Part shown: positions 17,556 through 26,994 of the stretch, piece by piece
Layout of the letters: each line of letters opens with the position of its first letter
Numbering within the stretch: the stretch's first letter is position 1
NCBI GenBank assembly: GCA_040386535.1
Contig: JAZKFH010000002.1
Coordinates: 64,001 to 128,000, forward strand
Length of the DNA stretch: 64,000 nt
Reading direction: 5' to 3'
Source of the DNA: Myxococcota bacterium
GTDB lineage: Bacteria > Myxococcota_A > UBA796 > SXON01
Position numbers and translations under genes: made by a program
The notes under the pieces: model-generated
Told to the model about the DNA's origin: nothing
Databases searched by the model: none
The model's input: the letters and a program-made list of their open reading frames with translations, nothing else

Positions 17556-18344
17556 CTAGACTGGCTCCTTCTTCGGTGTCTCCCGCGGAGGAGGAGCGTC
17601 CCCGCCCCCGGCTTCCCGCTTCTCCGCCTCGCTTCGCCCCTGTTCGGCAGCGTCGGGGCCAGGTTGTGAACGGGGCGCGGCGCCCCCGACCGGATACCGC
17701 TCCACCGTCACCTGCTCCCGGATCACCGCGACCGAGTCGCCGATGGGCTCGACAGTCACCTGCTCCTGGTGGAGCACCACGTACGCCTCGTTCACGTCCT
17801 GCTTGCGACGGCCGAAGAAGCGCTTGTCGTCGTACTCGGGGCGGTTGTAGAAGTCTGGCTCGTGGGCGGCCTGGGGGGCCGGTGGCGCCGGGGCGGGCGG
17901 GGTGCCAGCCGGTTGCTGCTGTTGCGGCTGCACACTGGCTGGAGGCGGGCTCCTGTCCGGCAGGCCTCCTCCGAACAGCGACCGCTCCTTCTCCGCGTCG
18001 AGCAGCACGGCATCGTAGACAGGCAGCGTGTGCGCCGTCGCGATGGTCACGTCGTCGAGGTACACCCGGTCGAGGGCGTCGTCGAGGCGCGCCCGCCCGA
18101 TCGGCACGATCACGCGTCGGTCCCCCTCGACGTTGGGAAGTGTGCGGTCGAGCGAGAGGACCATGTACCGAGCCTTCATCGCTGCGGTGTCGACGATCAG
18201 CTCGCGCACCTCGCCGATCCGCAGGCTGTCCGCGCCGTACGCCTCCCACCCGCGGATGTCCGGGTTGCCCTCCTTGACCCGGTAGTCTTCGAGCTCCCCG
18301 AGCGGCGCGAGCCGCCGCTTTTGTTGTGTCACCTTCTCCTGCAT
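17556..18344 (-). CDS. PRC-barrel domain protein (PuhA/YsnF-like)
   Basis: DYRVKEGNPDIRGWEAYGAD..RIGEVRELIVD..AMKARY and RRVIVPIG. GGAGGAG SD. Confidence 0.82.
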   Translation of the reverse strand: MQEKVTQQKRRLAPLGELEDYRVKEGNPDIRGWEAYGADSLRIGEVRELIVDTAAMKARYMVLSLDRTLPNVEGDRRVIVPIGRARLDDALDRVYLDDVTIATAHTLPVYDAVLLDAEKERSLFGGGLPDRSPPPASVQPQQQQPAGTPPAPAPPAPQAAHEPDFYNRPEYDDKRFFGRRKQDVNEAYVVLHQEQVTVEPIGDSVAVIREQVTVERYPVGGAAPRSQPGPDAAEQGRSEAEKREAGGGDAPPPRETPKKEPV

Positions 18345-18401
18345 CTGTCTCCTCCTTCCGATGACCCACCGTCACGACACCATCGAGCGAACGCTTGGGT
18401 G

Positions 18402-18650
18402 TCAGGCGGGCTCGCGGGTGTCGGGTTCCACGGCGCGATCGACCAGGGGTTCGGACGCGATGGGGAGCGCTTCGGCGTGCGCCTCGTCGAGCGCGTCGTT
18501 CCGAGCAGGCGTCTCCAGCCGTCCCTGCACATCGGGGATTCGGTTGTTTCGCCACAGGAGCCAGCCCACCACGACCACCAGGATGGCCAGGCCGACGAGC
18601 CAGGGAAGGATGTTGGCCTTCGGCCGCTGTTCGATGTCGATGTTTGCCAC
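18402..18650 (-). CDS. Small single-TM hypothetical protein
   Basis: GGAGG SD with GTG start. MANIDIEQRPKANILPWLVGLAILVVVVGWLLW. Confidence 0.65.
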   Translation of the reverse strand: MANIDIEQRPKANILPWLVGLAILVVVVGWLLWRNNRIPDVQGRLETPARNDALDEAHAEALPIASEPLVDRAVEPDTREPA

Positions 18651-18810
18651 GTTCGCCTCCCGGGAGCGGGGCGAACCCGCGGCCGCTCGGCGCGCGTACG
18701 TCGGACCGCTCTCCGACGCTGGATGTACACACCTCCGGGCCGGCTACAGTAGGCGTGACGTGGGTCCCGCCGGAGTTGGCAAGTCTTGACACGGTAATGG
18801 GTGGGAGAGG

Positions 18811-18842
18811 AGGGGGCCCTGCCACACGGGCGGGCCCCCCCT
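18811..18842 (-). terminator. Putative intrinsic terminator of csbD
   Basis: GGGGGCCC(T)GCC/GGCGGGCCCCC stem just downstream of the csbD stop, followed by a pyrimidine run on the minus strand. Confidence 0.5.
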
Positions 18843-18847
18843 GGCGA

Positions 18848-19153
18848 CTAGACCTTCTCGCCCTTCTTGGGCGTGCCGGTGCCGCCCATGCGGTCACGGT
18901 TGCCGCCCGCGGGGTTCGCGGGGTTGGCCGTGCCCGCGGCGCCGGTCTTCGCCGAGCCCATCTTCGCCGTGAAGTCGGTCAGCTTCTGCTCGGCGATGTC
19001 GCGGGAGTAGCCGTAGCGCTCCTGCAGCTTGCCGAGGAACTGGTCGCGGCGGCCGTCGATCTTCTCCAGATCGTCGTCGGTCAGCTTGGCGAAGGTCTCG
19101 CGGACGGAGGTCTTGTACTGGTTCCAATTGGTCTGGATGCGGTCCCAATTCAT
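18848..19153 (-). CDS. csbD: CsbD/YjbJ family general stress protein
   Basis: MNWDRIQTNWNQYK...LTDDDL..IDGRRDQFLGKLQERYGYSRD.AE. AAGGAG SD. Confidence 0.92.
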   Translation of the reverse strand: MNWDRIQTNWNQYKTSVRETFAKLTDDDLEKIDGRRDQFLGKLQERYGYSRDIAEQKLTDFTAKMGSAKTGAAGTANPANPAGGNRDRMGGTGTPKKGEKV

Positions 19154-19374
19154 GATGGAGCTCCTTGGTGGGGGCGGTTTCGAGGAAAGCCAGCCATGTT
19201 CGGCTTGGCCCGATACTTTTAGGGACTGGACCTCATGAGTCAATCACCCTCTGCCAACTCTATTTTCGGGGCTGACCTTGCCGTTCGCATCGGTGGCATG
19301 TGGTGTCACGACGTGCGCGATGGTGGACGAATGGCCGGCCCGCCGCTTACATGCGTGGCCCTCCCACAGTGCCG

Positions 19375-20256
19375 ATGCCCCCCTATTCGCGCCCTCGCCG
19401 CCGTCGCAACCGCACCCCCCTCACGGTCCTGGCCGAGGGGGCGGACTGGATCGTGGTGGCGAAGCCCCCCGCGCTCCTCGTCCACCGCTCCGAGATGTTG
19501 CCGGGCGCCGAGGCCGCGCTCCAGGTCGTGCGGGACCAGGTGGGCCGCCACGTCTACCCCATCCACCGGCTCGACCGGCCCGCGTCCGGCTGCCTCCTCT
19601 TCGCCACCACCCAGGAGTGGGCGGGCCCGCTCTCCGCGGCGATGGCCTCCGCCGACGCCCAGAAGACCTACCTCGCCTTCGTGCGCGGGTACTTCAAGGA
19701 GGAGGGCCCCATCACGGTCGACCGCGCGATGAAGGACGACAACGGCCACCTCCGCGAGGCCGTCTCGACCGTGTGGTGCCTCGGCCGCAGCCACGAGCCG
19801 CGCTGCTCCCTCCTCCGCGTCCAGCCACGCACCGGCCGCTACCACCAGGTGCGCCGCCACGTGCGCGACCTGATGCACCCCATCATCGGCGACACCGACC
19901 ACGGCGACAGCAAGGTGAACCGCTGGTGGCGCGACAACGGCGGCGCCACGCGCCTCGGCCTGCACTGCGCCTCGCTCTCCATCCCCCTGCCGGACGGCAC
20001 CCGCATCGAAGCCGTCAGCCCCCTCTTCGAGGACCACTTCCAGGTCTGGTCCGCCCAACCCTGGTGGGCCGACGCGGTCGCCGCCCAACCCTCCCTCGCC
20101 CTCCCCCCCCTCCCCCTCCGTGACGACCCCACCGCGCGTCGGGTGGCCCGCGTGGCCGACGGAGAAGCTGACATCGGCGACCCGGAGCTCGAGCTCGACG
20201 ACGACATGGTCGACGACGATGATCCCCCGATGGACCCCAACCTGCCGGAGGACTGA
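19375..20256 (+). CDS. RluA-family pseudouridine synthase (TruC-like)
   Basis: KPPALLVHRS, HRLDRPASG (catalytic Asp), TGRYHQVRRH, HPIIGD..HG and LHC. Start codon uncertain. Confidence 0.88.
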   Translation: MPPYSRPRRRRNRTPLTVLAEGADWIVVAKPPALLVHRSEMLPGAEAALQVVRDQVGRHVYPIHRLDRPASGCLLFATTQEWAGPLSAAMASADAQKTYLAFVRGYFKEEGPITVDRAMKDDNGHLREAVSTVWCLGRSHEPRCSLLRVQPRTGRYHQVRRHVRDLMHPIIGDTDHGDSKVNRWWRDNGGATRLGLHCASLSIPLPDGTRIEAVSPLFEDHFQVWSAQPWWADAVAAQPSLALPPLPLRDDPTARRVARVADGEADIGDPELELDDDMVDDDDPPMDPNLPED

Positions 20257-20259
20257 GCC

Positions 20260-21132
20260 ATGCGCGACACCCTCGAAGAGCTCCTCACCCTCCTGCGCCT
20301 CGAACGCATCGAGGAGCGGATCTTCCGCGGCCAGAGCCAGGATCTCGGCTGGGGGTCCGTCTTCGGCGGCCAGGTGCTCGGGCAGGCGTTGTCCGCCGCC
20401 GCGCAGACCGTCCCGTCCGACCGCCCGGTCCACTCGCTCCACGCCTACTTCCTGCGCCAGGGCGACGCGCGGCGCCCCATCGTCTACGAGGTGGATCCCA
20501 TCCGGGACGGCGCCAGCTTCACCACGCGGCGTGTGGTCGCGGTGCAGGGCGGCCACGCGATCTTCAGCCTCGCGTGCTCGTTCCAGGTCGAGGAGCCCGG
20601 CCTCGAGCACGCGGCGGGCATGCCCGACGTGCCGGGCCCCGAGGGGCTCTGGAACGAGCTCGACTACGCGAAGCGCTACGAGGCCAACATCCCCGAGCCG
20701 CTCCGCGCCATGGCCCTGGCCGAGCGCCCGATCGAGATCCGGCCCGTCCAGCGCTTCAACCTGCTCGATCCCAAGCCCGCGCCCGCGCGCCGCCAGCTCT
20801 GGTACCGCGCCACCGGCACGCTCCCGGACGACCCCGCGGTCCATCGCTACCTCCTCGCGTACGCGTCCGACTTCAACTTCCTCGTCACCGCCATGCTCCC
20901 GCACGGCGTCAGCTGGCTCACCCCGGGCCTCCAGGTGGCGAGCCTCGACCACGCCATGTGGTTCCACCGTCCGTTCCGCATGGACGACTGGCTGCTCTAC
21001 GACGTGGAGAGCCCCTCGGCGGGCGGCGCGCGCGGCCTCGTGTTCGGGCGGTTCTACACACGCGACGGCCGGTTGGTCGCCTCGGTCACGCAGGAAGGGT
21101 TGATGCGCGATCGTCGTCAGGCGAAGGAGTAG
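20260..21132 (+). CDS. tesB: Acyl-CoA thioesterase II
   Basis: VFGGQVLGQAL, HSLHAYFLR, RDGASFTTRRV, ASLDHAMWFHRP and QEGLMR. Confidence 0.95.
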   Translation: MRDTLEELLTLLRLERIEERIFRGQSQDLGWGSVFGGQVLGQALSAAAQTVPSDRPVHSLHAYFLRQGDARRPIVYEVDPIRDGASFTTRRVVAVQGGHAIFSLACSFQVEEPGLEHAAGMPDVPGPEGLWNELDYAKRYEANIPEPLRAMALAERPIEIRPVQRFNLLDPKPAPARRQLWYRATGTLPDDPAVHRYLLAYASDFNFLVTAMLPHGVSWLTPGLQVASLDHAMWFHRPFRMDDWLLYDVESPSAGGARGLVFGRFYTRDGRLVASVTQEGLMRDRRQAKE

Positions 21133-21217
21133 GGTCTCGAGCAGCGTGGGCCCGCGGTGCCCGTCGGGGGCCAGGGCGCCCCCGCCGACCGCGGGCGCGA
21201 CGACGCCACCTCCTCCG

Positions 21218-21874
21218 TCAGCCCGCGCGCCACCCACGAAGCCAGCCCGCCACCGCCGCCACGAGCTCCGTCCGGAAGTCCACGCGCAGCCACGCGAGCG
21301 CGGGCTCGGCGAGCGCCTCGGCCACGGCGGGCGCAGGGGTGGCCATCGGCCCGAGCCCTACGACGAGCGCGTGCGTCCGGAGGAGGAGCCGCGCCACGTC
21401 CCCCGCCTCGAAGCCCGGGATCCACGGCCCGATCGCCGCGTCGGCACGCAACATCTGCTCGCCGAGCGAGCGCTTGAAGGCCCGCGCCGTGTCGAGGTCG
21501 ATGTTCGCCTCGATGACCACGTGAAGGAGCCCCAGGAGGCGCACCATCCGCGGGCGCTCGAGCAGCGTGTCCGCCAACGCCTCGGCGAAGGCAACAGGCG
21601 CCGCCGCTCCGGCGGGGAGCGTGGTGGCGCGATTGGCGAGGGCGTCGAACCATCCCGCGAGATCCTCCGTCAACACCTCGAGGAACAGCGCCTCCTTCGA
21701 CGAGAAGTACAGGTAGCTGGTGCCCTTGGCGAGGCCGGCGCGGCGCGACACGTCCGCCATCGTCACGTCCGCGTAGGGCGTCCCCACGTCGATCGCGGCG
21801 CGGGCGGCGTCCCTGAGCTGGCGGCGCCGATCCTCCTTCGCCTCGGGCGCACGGGCGCGTCGCTGCTCACTCAC
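21218..21874 (-). CDS. TetR family transcriptional regulator
   Basis: HTH VTMADVSRRAGLAKGTSYLYFSSKEALF. GTG start overlaps the SDR stop. Confidence 0.92.
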   Translation of the reverse strand: MSEQRRARAPEAKEDRRRQLRDAARAAIDVGTPYADVTMADVSRRAGLAKGTSYLYFSSKEALFLEVLTEDLAGWFDALANRATTLPAGAAAPVAFAEALADTLLERPRMVRLLGLLHVVIEANIDLDTARAFKRSLGEQMLRADAAIGPWIPGFEAGDVARLLLRTHALVVGLGPMATPAPAVAEALAEPALAWLRVDFRTELVAAVAGWLRGWRAG

Positions 21875-22736
21875 CCCGCGTTCCCACACCGACGCCCGGC
21901 TGCGGGAAGCTCGAGCGCAGGAACGCGTCCCACGCCCAATCGGGCATCACCTGGCGCTGCGTCATGAGGAGTGTCACCGATCCGGTCACCGTGTAGCGGG
22001 CCTTCGGGGACGTCGCCGTGATGGCCTTCTCCACGGTGCGCGCCACGTCCTCGGGGGTGCCCGCCAACGCCGCGAGCGGCCCCTTCTCGTACACCTCGAC
22101 CGTCGACTTCGCCACGGCGGCCGAGAAGCCGCCGTACGCCCCACCCTCCGTCTCCGCGGCGATGTGGTGGCCCACGGCGTCCGCGAAACCTGTGCGGATG
22201 AGCCCCGGCTGCACCAACACGACATCGACGCCGAAGCCCTTCACCTCGAAGCGCAGCGCGTCGGAGATGGCCTCGACCGCGTACTTGGAGGCGTGGTAGG
22301 CGCCGCCGCCGGGGAACGTGAGCGTGCCACCCATCGAGCCGATGTTGACGATCTTGCCCCACCGCTGCGCGCGCATGGCGGGCAGGACCAACTGACACAT
22401 CCGCACCAGGCCGAACACGTTCGTGTCGAACTGGCGCTGCCAGCGATCGAGCGGGATCTCCTCGACCGCGCCCGACTGGCTGTACCCCGCGTTGTTGACG
22501 AGGATCCCCACGGGCCCGGACTCCTCGGTGATGCGGGCGATGGCGGCCACCCGGCTCGCCTCCTCCGCGACGTCGAGCGCCACGGTGCGGCACCCGGCCG
22601 CCACGAGCTCGGTCAGCTGCGCCTCGCTCCGAGCGGTGGCGTACACGGTGTACCCCGCCTTCGCGAGGCGGATGGCGGTGGACTTGCCGATACCGGAGGC
22701 GGCGCCGGTGACGAGGACGACCTTGGAGGGGGACAT
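21867..22736 (-). CDS. Short-chain dehydrogenase/reductase
   Basis: TGAASGIG, NNAG and YHASK. Confidence 0.93.
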   Translation of the reverse strand: MSPSKVVLVTGAASGIGKSTAIRLAKAGYTVYATARSEAQLTELVAAGCRTVALDVAEEASRVAAIARITEESGPVGILVNNAGYSQSGAVEEIPLDRWQRQFDTNVFGLVRMCQLVLPAMRAQRWGKIVNIGSMGGTLTFPGGGAYHASKYAVEAISDALRFEVKGFGVDVVLVQPGLIRTGFADAVGHHIAAETEGGAYGGFSAAVAKSTVEVYEKGPLAALAGTPEDVARTVEKAITATSPKARYTVTGSVTLLMTQRQVMPDWAWDAFLRSSFPQPGVGVGTRGE

Positions 22737-22744
22737 GGGCTCCG

Positions 22745-22781
22745 ATGACTGATGGTCAGCTAATAGCTGACCATGGGTCAT
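22745..22781. promoter_or_regulatory. Putative tandem TetR operator
   Basis: ATGACTGATGGTCAGCTAATAGCTGACCATGGGTCAT is a 37-bp near-palindrome with two TGAC-N5-GTCA units, directly upstream of SDR-tetR. Confidence 0.8.
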
Positions 22782-22904
22782 TGCGCCACCGGGATGGAAT
22801 GGTCGCGCACCCGCTACAGGTCGTAGATCGCCTCGCCCTGAGTCCCCCCGATCGGCGTCCGGCCGCGGGAGATTAGCGGCACGCGGCTTGCAATCGGCGA
22901 CCGC

Positions 22905-23486
22905 ATGCGCCTCTACCGCCCCGTCCTCGCCGCCCTCGTCGTCCTCCTCGCACACGTCGGGTGGCTCATCGCGGACGGCCTCTCCGACAGCGAGCGCTCC
23001 GCCGCTGCGCACCCCGCGGACGTGGCGGTGGTGCTCGGGACCACCGCGAACCCGGACGGCACTCTCTCCGAGCGGCTCGAAGCGCGCACGGGCGCCGCCC
23101 TGGCCCTCTACGACGAGAGAAGGGTGCGGCGCATCCTCGTGAGCGGCGCCACGGGCATCGAGGGCGTCAACGAGGCCGAGGCGATGGCGGCGTGGCTCGT
23201 CGCGCGGGGTGTGCCGCGGCGCCACGTGCTGGTCGACCCGGAGGGCTGGAACACCTGGGAGACCGCGCTCCACACGCGCGCCCTGCTCGACGAGGCGGGC
23301 CTCTCCACCGTGGTGGTGGTCAGCAGCTACTACCACCTCCCCCGCACGCGCAGGGCGCTCTCGCGCGCGGGCGTCGACGTGGTGGGCACGCGCCGCGCCG
23401 CGCTCATCTGGGAGCCGCGCGAGGCGTGGTCGATCCTGCGCGAGGTCGTCGCGCTGTACGCCTACGCGTTGCGCGACCGGGCTTGA
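22905..23486 (+). CDS. YdcF/SanA/ElyC (DUF218) family protein
   Basis: AVVLG, RILVSG, NEAEAM, NTWE and VSSYYHLPR; N-terminal TM segment. Confidence 0.9.
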   Translation: MRLYRPVLAALVVLLAHVGWLIADGLSDSERSAAAHPADVAVVLGTTANPDGTLSERLEARTGAALALYDERRVRRILVSGATGIEGVNEAEAMAAWLVARGVPRRHVLVDPEGWNTWETALHTRALLDEAGLSTVVVVSSYYHLPRTRRALSRAGVDVVGTRRAALIWEPREAWSILREVVALYAYALRDRA

Positions 23487-23528
23487 CCCTCGGGCGCGGC
23501 GCTCGCCGACGCGATCAGCGCGCCAGGG

Positions 23529-23825
23529 TCACGCCCCCGCCCACGGGTCCTTCGCGCGGGACGAGCCCATCGCGAGCTCCTGCTCGAGCTGCCGCACGCG
23601 CCTCCCGAGGCGGATCCCGCGGTACCCGAAGCCGGCGCCCGCGAGCAGCGCCCCCGCTCCGAACGCGCTCCAGATCAGGACGGACACGCTCACCGGGTTG
23701 GAGAGCCTCCACGCGGCGACCCAGAGGTCGAGCTGCAGCGGCGCACGGGAGCTGCTGTTCTGCAGCGTGAAGGCGGTCAGCACGACGGCGACCAGGAGCC
23801 CCAGCGTAAGCCATACCCAACGCAT
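23529..23825 (-). CDS. LapA (DUF1049) family membrane protein
   Basis: TM-FTLQN-...-TM followed by RRVRQLEQEL; typical position downstream of rpsA. Confidence 0.75.
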   Translation of the reverse strand: MRWVWLTLGLLVAVVLTAFTLQNSSSRAPLQLDLWVAAWRLSNPVSVSVLIWSAFGAGALLAGAGFGYRGIRLGRRVRQLEQELAMGSSRAKDPWAGA

Positions 23826-23855
23826 CACGACCTCCAGGAGGAAACCGGCCCTCCA

Positions 23856-23897
23856 CAAACGAGAACGGCCCGAGCCCCTGTGACAGGGTCGGGCCGT
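23856..23897 (-). terminator. Intrinsic terminator of rpsA
   Basis: ACGGCCCGA...TCGGGCCGT stem with an inner CCCTG/CAGGG pair, followed by TCTCGTTTGT on the minus strand. Confidence 0.65.
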
Positions 23898-23952
23898 CCT
23901 TCTGTTACCACCACGGGCCGCGCGAGGCGACCCGCGACGGTTCCGCTACTGC

Positions 23953-25677
23953 CTACTCGCCCCGTTCACGCATGCGGCGGGAGAGATCGCCCATGATGTC
24001 ACCGAGGCGGGCGCTGGAGTCACCCTGCTTGCGCAGGACTTCCTTCATGTCGCCACCCTTCGCGCGGTCGGCGGCCGAACGCTCGGAGAGGCTGACCTTG
24101 CGGTCGTGCGCGTCGATGTTGATGATCTCGGCCGCGATGTCCTGGTTGTCCACGTAGGTGGTCTGCCAGTCGCCGCTGCTGTTCGAGAGCTCGGAGTGGT
24201 GCACGAGGCCCTCCACGCCGTCCTCGAGCTCCACGAACACGCCGAAGTCGGCCTTGTGGACGACCTTGCCGTTGATGACCTGGCCCAGGTAGTACCGGGA
24301 GGGCACCGAGAGCCACGGATCTTCGGAGAGCTGCTTGATGCCGAGGCTGAAGCGCTCGTTGTCCACGTCGATGTTGAGGACGCGGGCCTCGACTTCGTCG
24401 CCCTTCTGGAACTTGTCCGAGGGGTGCTTGACGCGCTGGCCCCAGCTCATGTCCGAGATGTGCACCAGGCCGTCGATGCCCTCTTCGATGCCGATGAAGA
24501 CGCCGAAGTCCGTGATGTTGCGGACGCGACCGCGCACGATGGTACCGACCGGGTACTTCTCGGCGATGAGCTCCCAGGGGTTCGGCTCGAGCTGGCGCAT
24601 GCCGAGGCTGATGCGCTTGTTGTCGAGATCGATCCCGAGGACCTTGGCCTCGACCACGTCGGACTGGTTGACCAGCTTCGACGGGTTCTTGATGCGCTTG
24701 TTCCAGGTCATCTCGGAGATGTGGACCAGGCCCTCGATGCCGTCCTCGAGCTCGACGAAGGCGCCGTAATCCACGATGGAGACGACCTTGCCGCGGACGA
24801 TGGCGCCCACCGGGTACTTGTACTCGGCGTCCTCCCACGGGTCGGGGCGGATCTGCTTGTAGCCGAGGCTGACGCGCTGGGAATCCTCGTCGAACTTGAG
24901 GATCTTGACTTCGATCTGGGCGCCCACCTCGAAGATCTCGCTGGGGTGCTGGATGCGCCCGTAGCTCATGTCCGTGATGTGGAGCAGGCCGTCGATGCCG
25001 CCGAGGTCCACGAAGGCGCCGTAGTCGGTGATGTTCTTGATCGTGCCCATCATGATGGCGCCGACCTTGAGCGACTTGAGCGTCTCGTTCTTCTTCTCTT
25101 CGCGCTCGCGCTCGAGGAGGACGCGGCGGGACAGGACGATGTTCCCGCGCTTCTTGTTGAACTTGATGATCTTGAAGTCGTGGGTCTCGCCGATGAGACG
25201 GTCGAGGTTCTTGACCGGGCGCAGATCGACCTGCGAGCCGGGGAGGAACGCCTTGACGCCGATGTCGACGGCGAGGCCGCCCTTGACGCGGGAGATGATG
25301 GCGCCGCGGACAGTCTCGTCCTTCTCGACGGCCTTGGAGATCTCGTCCCAGGCCTTCATCAGGTCGGCCTTCTCCTTGGAGAGCTCCAGGAGGCCGTCTT
25401 CTTCGCCCATCTGGTCGAGGTACACGTCGACCGTGTCGCCGACCTTGACCGTCAGCTCGCCGGCCTCGTTCGTGAACTCGCGGCGGTTGATCACGCCTTC
25501 GGCCTTGTAGCCGATGTCCACGGTGACCATCTCGTCGCCGATCTCGATGATCGTGCCCTTGACGACGCTCTGCTCACGGACGGAGCGGTTGCCGAGGTAG
25601 TCGTCGAAGAAGCTCTTGAAGTCGTCGCGCTCGATCTGGTCGAGAGGGGCGTCGAGGTCGATGGTCTGGTTGCTCAT
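23953..25677 (-). CDS. rpsA: 30S ribosomal protein S1
   Basis: Six S1 domains (AFLPGSQVD, YGAFVDLGGIDGLLHITDM, RVSLG.KQ). Confidence 0.98.
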   Translation of the reverse strand: MSNQTIDLDAPLDQIERDDFKSFFDDYLGNRSVREQSVVKGTIIEIGDEMVTVDIGYKAEGVINRREFTNEAGELTVKVGDTVDVYLDQMGEEDGLLELSKEKADLMKAWDEISKAVEKDETVRGAIISRVKGGLAVDIGVKAFLPGSQVDLRPVKNLDRLIGETHDFKIIKFNKKRGNIVLSRRVLLEREREEKKNETLKSLKVGAIMMGTIKNITDYGAFVDLGGIDGLLHITDMSYGRIQHPSEIFEVGAQIEVKILKFDEDSQRVSLGYKQIRPDPWEDAEYKYPVGAIVRGKVVSIVDYGAFVELEDGIEGLVHISEMTWNKRIKNPSKLVNQSDVVEAKVLGIDLDNKRISLGMRQLEPNPWELIAEKYPVGTIVRGRVRNITDFGVFIGIEEGIDGLVHISDMSWGQRVKHPSDKFQKGDEVEARVLNIDVDNERFSLGIKQLSEDPWLSVPSRYYLGQVINGKVVHKADFGVFVELEDGVEGLVHHSELSNSSGDWQTTYVDNQDIAAEIINIDAHDRKVSLSERSAADRAKGGDMKEVLRKQGDSSARLGDIMGDLSRRMRERGE

Positions 25678-25868
25678 GAAGGGTTTGATCCGCGCCGGGC
25701 AAGCCGGCGGACGTGGGTAGCGAGGAGGAGGGTTTATACGCGGCCGGAGGACCCTGGTTCCGTGGACCGCCTGGGAGGCGAACCCGAAGGAGCAGGTTTC
25801 CGACCTCGGTACGCGGCACATCCTCAACTTGCGCCGTGACCGACACCCGCACAGTACGGGGAGCCGGG

Positions 25869-25897
25869 GGTTTATCCACGCGTGCACCACGCGTCAA
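25869..25897 (-). promoter_or_regulatory. Putative sigma70 promoter of rpsA
   Basis: TTGACG-N17-TAAACC on the minus strand, with a second TTGACA 10 nt further upstream. Confidence 0.55.
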
Positions 25898-25949
25898 GGG
25901 GTGTCAAGCGCCCCCCGTCGAGGTGGACGGAAAATGTCCTGGCCGGGAA

Positions 25950-26978
25950 TCAGCGCAGCCGCTCCGCCAGCATCCCCGTGAAGACGCCGGCGCCCTCCGC
26001 GGAGAGGTGGTCGAAGTCGGTGAACGCGACGTCCTCACGATCGGCGAAGGTGTCGGTCGCGTCCCATACGACCACGGGCGTGTGCGCGCGCGATGCGATG
26101 GCCTGCACCGACGCACGCAGGTCGGTGCGGACCGTGGCCGGGACGGCGTCGCGGAGCCGCGCACGCACGGGCGGGAGGACGAGCACCGTGCGGCCGGCGC
26201 CCGCGCCCTCGATCGTGCGCTCCAGCACGCCCAGACAGAGGTCGCTCACCTCGGGGACGTAGCTCTCCAGCGGCCCGCCGAGCAGGAACCGCCGGCGCTT
26301 GTCGATGCGCTCCGCCGTGAGATCCGGGATGGGCTCCCCTTCCCACCGTGCTGGCGGCGCGAAACCCTGCGCGATCCCGGGGAGATCCGCGACGAGGCGC
26401 AGCGCGTGCCCGGGCCGCTTCGCATGATCGACCAGATCGCGGCGGCGCCCCGACGTCATGATCCATCGGTGTGGGAGCCAGCCCATCGCCACTTCCGGGG
26501 CGAGCTCCGCGTCGGGACCGAGCATGTGTCGCGCGGAGGACCACCACCCCGCCCGCATGGGCACGCCGTCGAGCTCCGGGCGCCCGCAGGCCACCGTGTC
26601 GAAGAGCAGCGGCGACACTTCGATGACGAGGTGGGCGAGCCCCGGCGAGGCGGCGCTGGACGCGAGCATGCGCGGGTACGTGCGCGGGATGGAGGCCTGC
26701 TCGACGGCGTGGCGCGCGACACGCACCCACGGGTGGCCCGATGCCTCCGCGAGCGCGTAGACATCGAGGTCGAGGCCCATCTGGGAGCTGCCGAGGATCA
26801 CGCCCTCGACCGCGCCGGGGCCGGTCGGGAGGTCGCCGTTCCAGAACGCGTCGCTGTCCTCGCAGTGGGGCTCGTGCGCCGAGAACGCCGCCCACACCGC
26901 GACGGGCGCGACCAGGAGCACGGCCGCGAGGCCGCCCAGCCACGCCACGAGCGCCCGCGCCGAGGACGGACGCGTCAC
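25950..26978 (-). CDS. SGNH-like (DltD/AlgJ-type) partner of the MBOAT
   Basis: N-terminal TM segment, ILGSSQ (catalytic Ser block) and FTDFDHL (DxxH); follows the MBOAT gene. Start uncertain. Confidence 0.7.
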   Translation of the reverse strand: MTRPSSARALVAWLGGLAAVLLVAPVAVWAAFSAHEPHCEDSDAFWNGDLPTGPGAVEGVILGSSQMGLDLDVYALAEASGHPWVRVARHAVEQASIPRTYPRMLASSAASPGLAHLVIEVSPLLFDTVACGRPELDGVPMRAGWWSSARHMLGPDAELAPEVAMGWLPHRWIMTSGRRRDLVDHAKRPGHALRLVADLPGIAQGFAPPARWEGEPIPDLTAERIDKRRRFLLGGPLESYVPEVSDLCLGVLERTIEGAGAGRTVLVLPPVRARLRDAVPATVRTDLRASVQAIASRAHTPVVVWDATDTFADREDVAFTDFDHLSAEGAGVFTGMLAERLR

Positions 26979-26994
26979 GACGGCGTCGGGCGCC

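Noticed and set aside
19210..19250. sigma70 promoter for csbD (TTGACT-N16-TAAAAG, minus strand)
   Set aside because: Spacing and the -10 match are weak, so it is not called as a feature.
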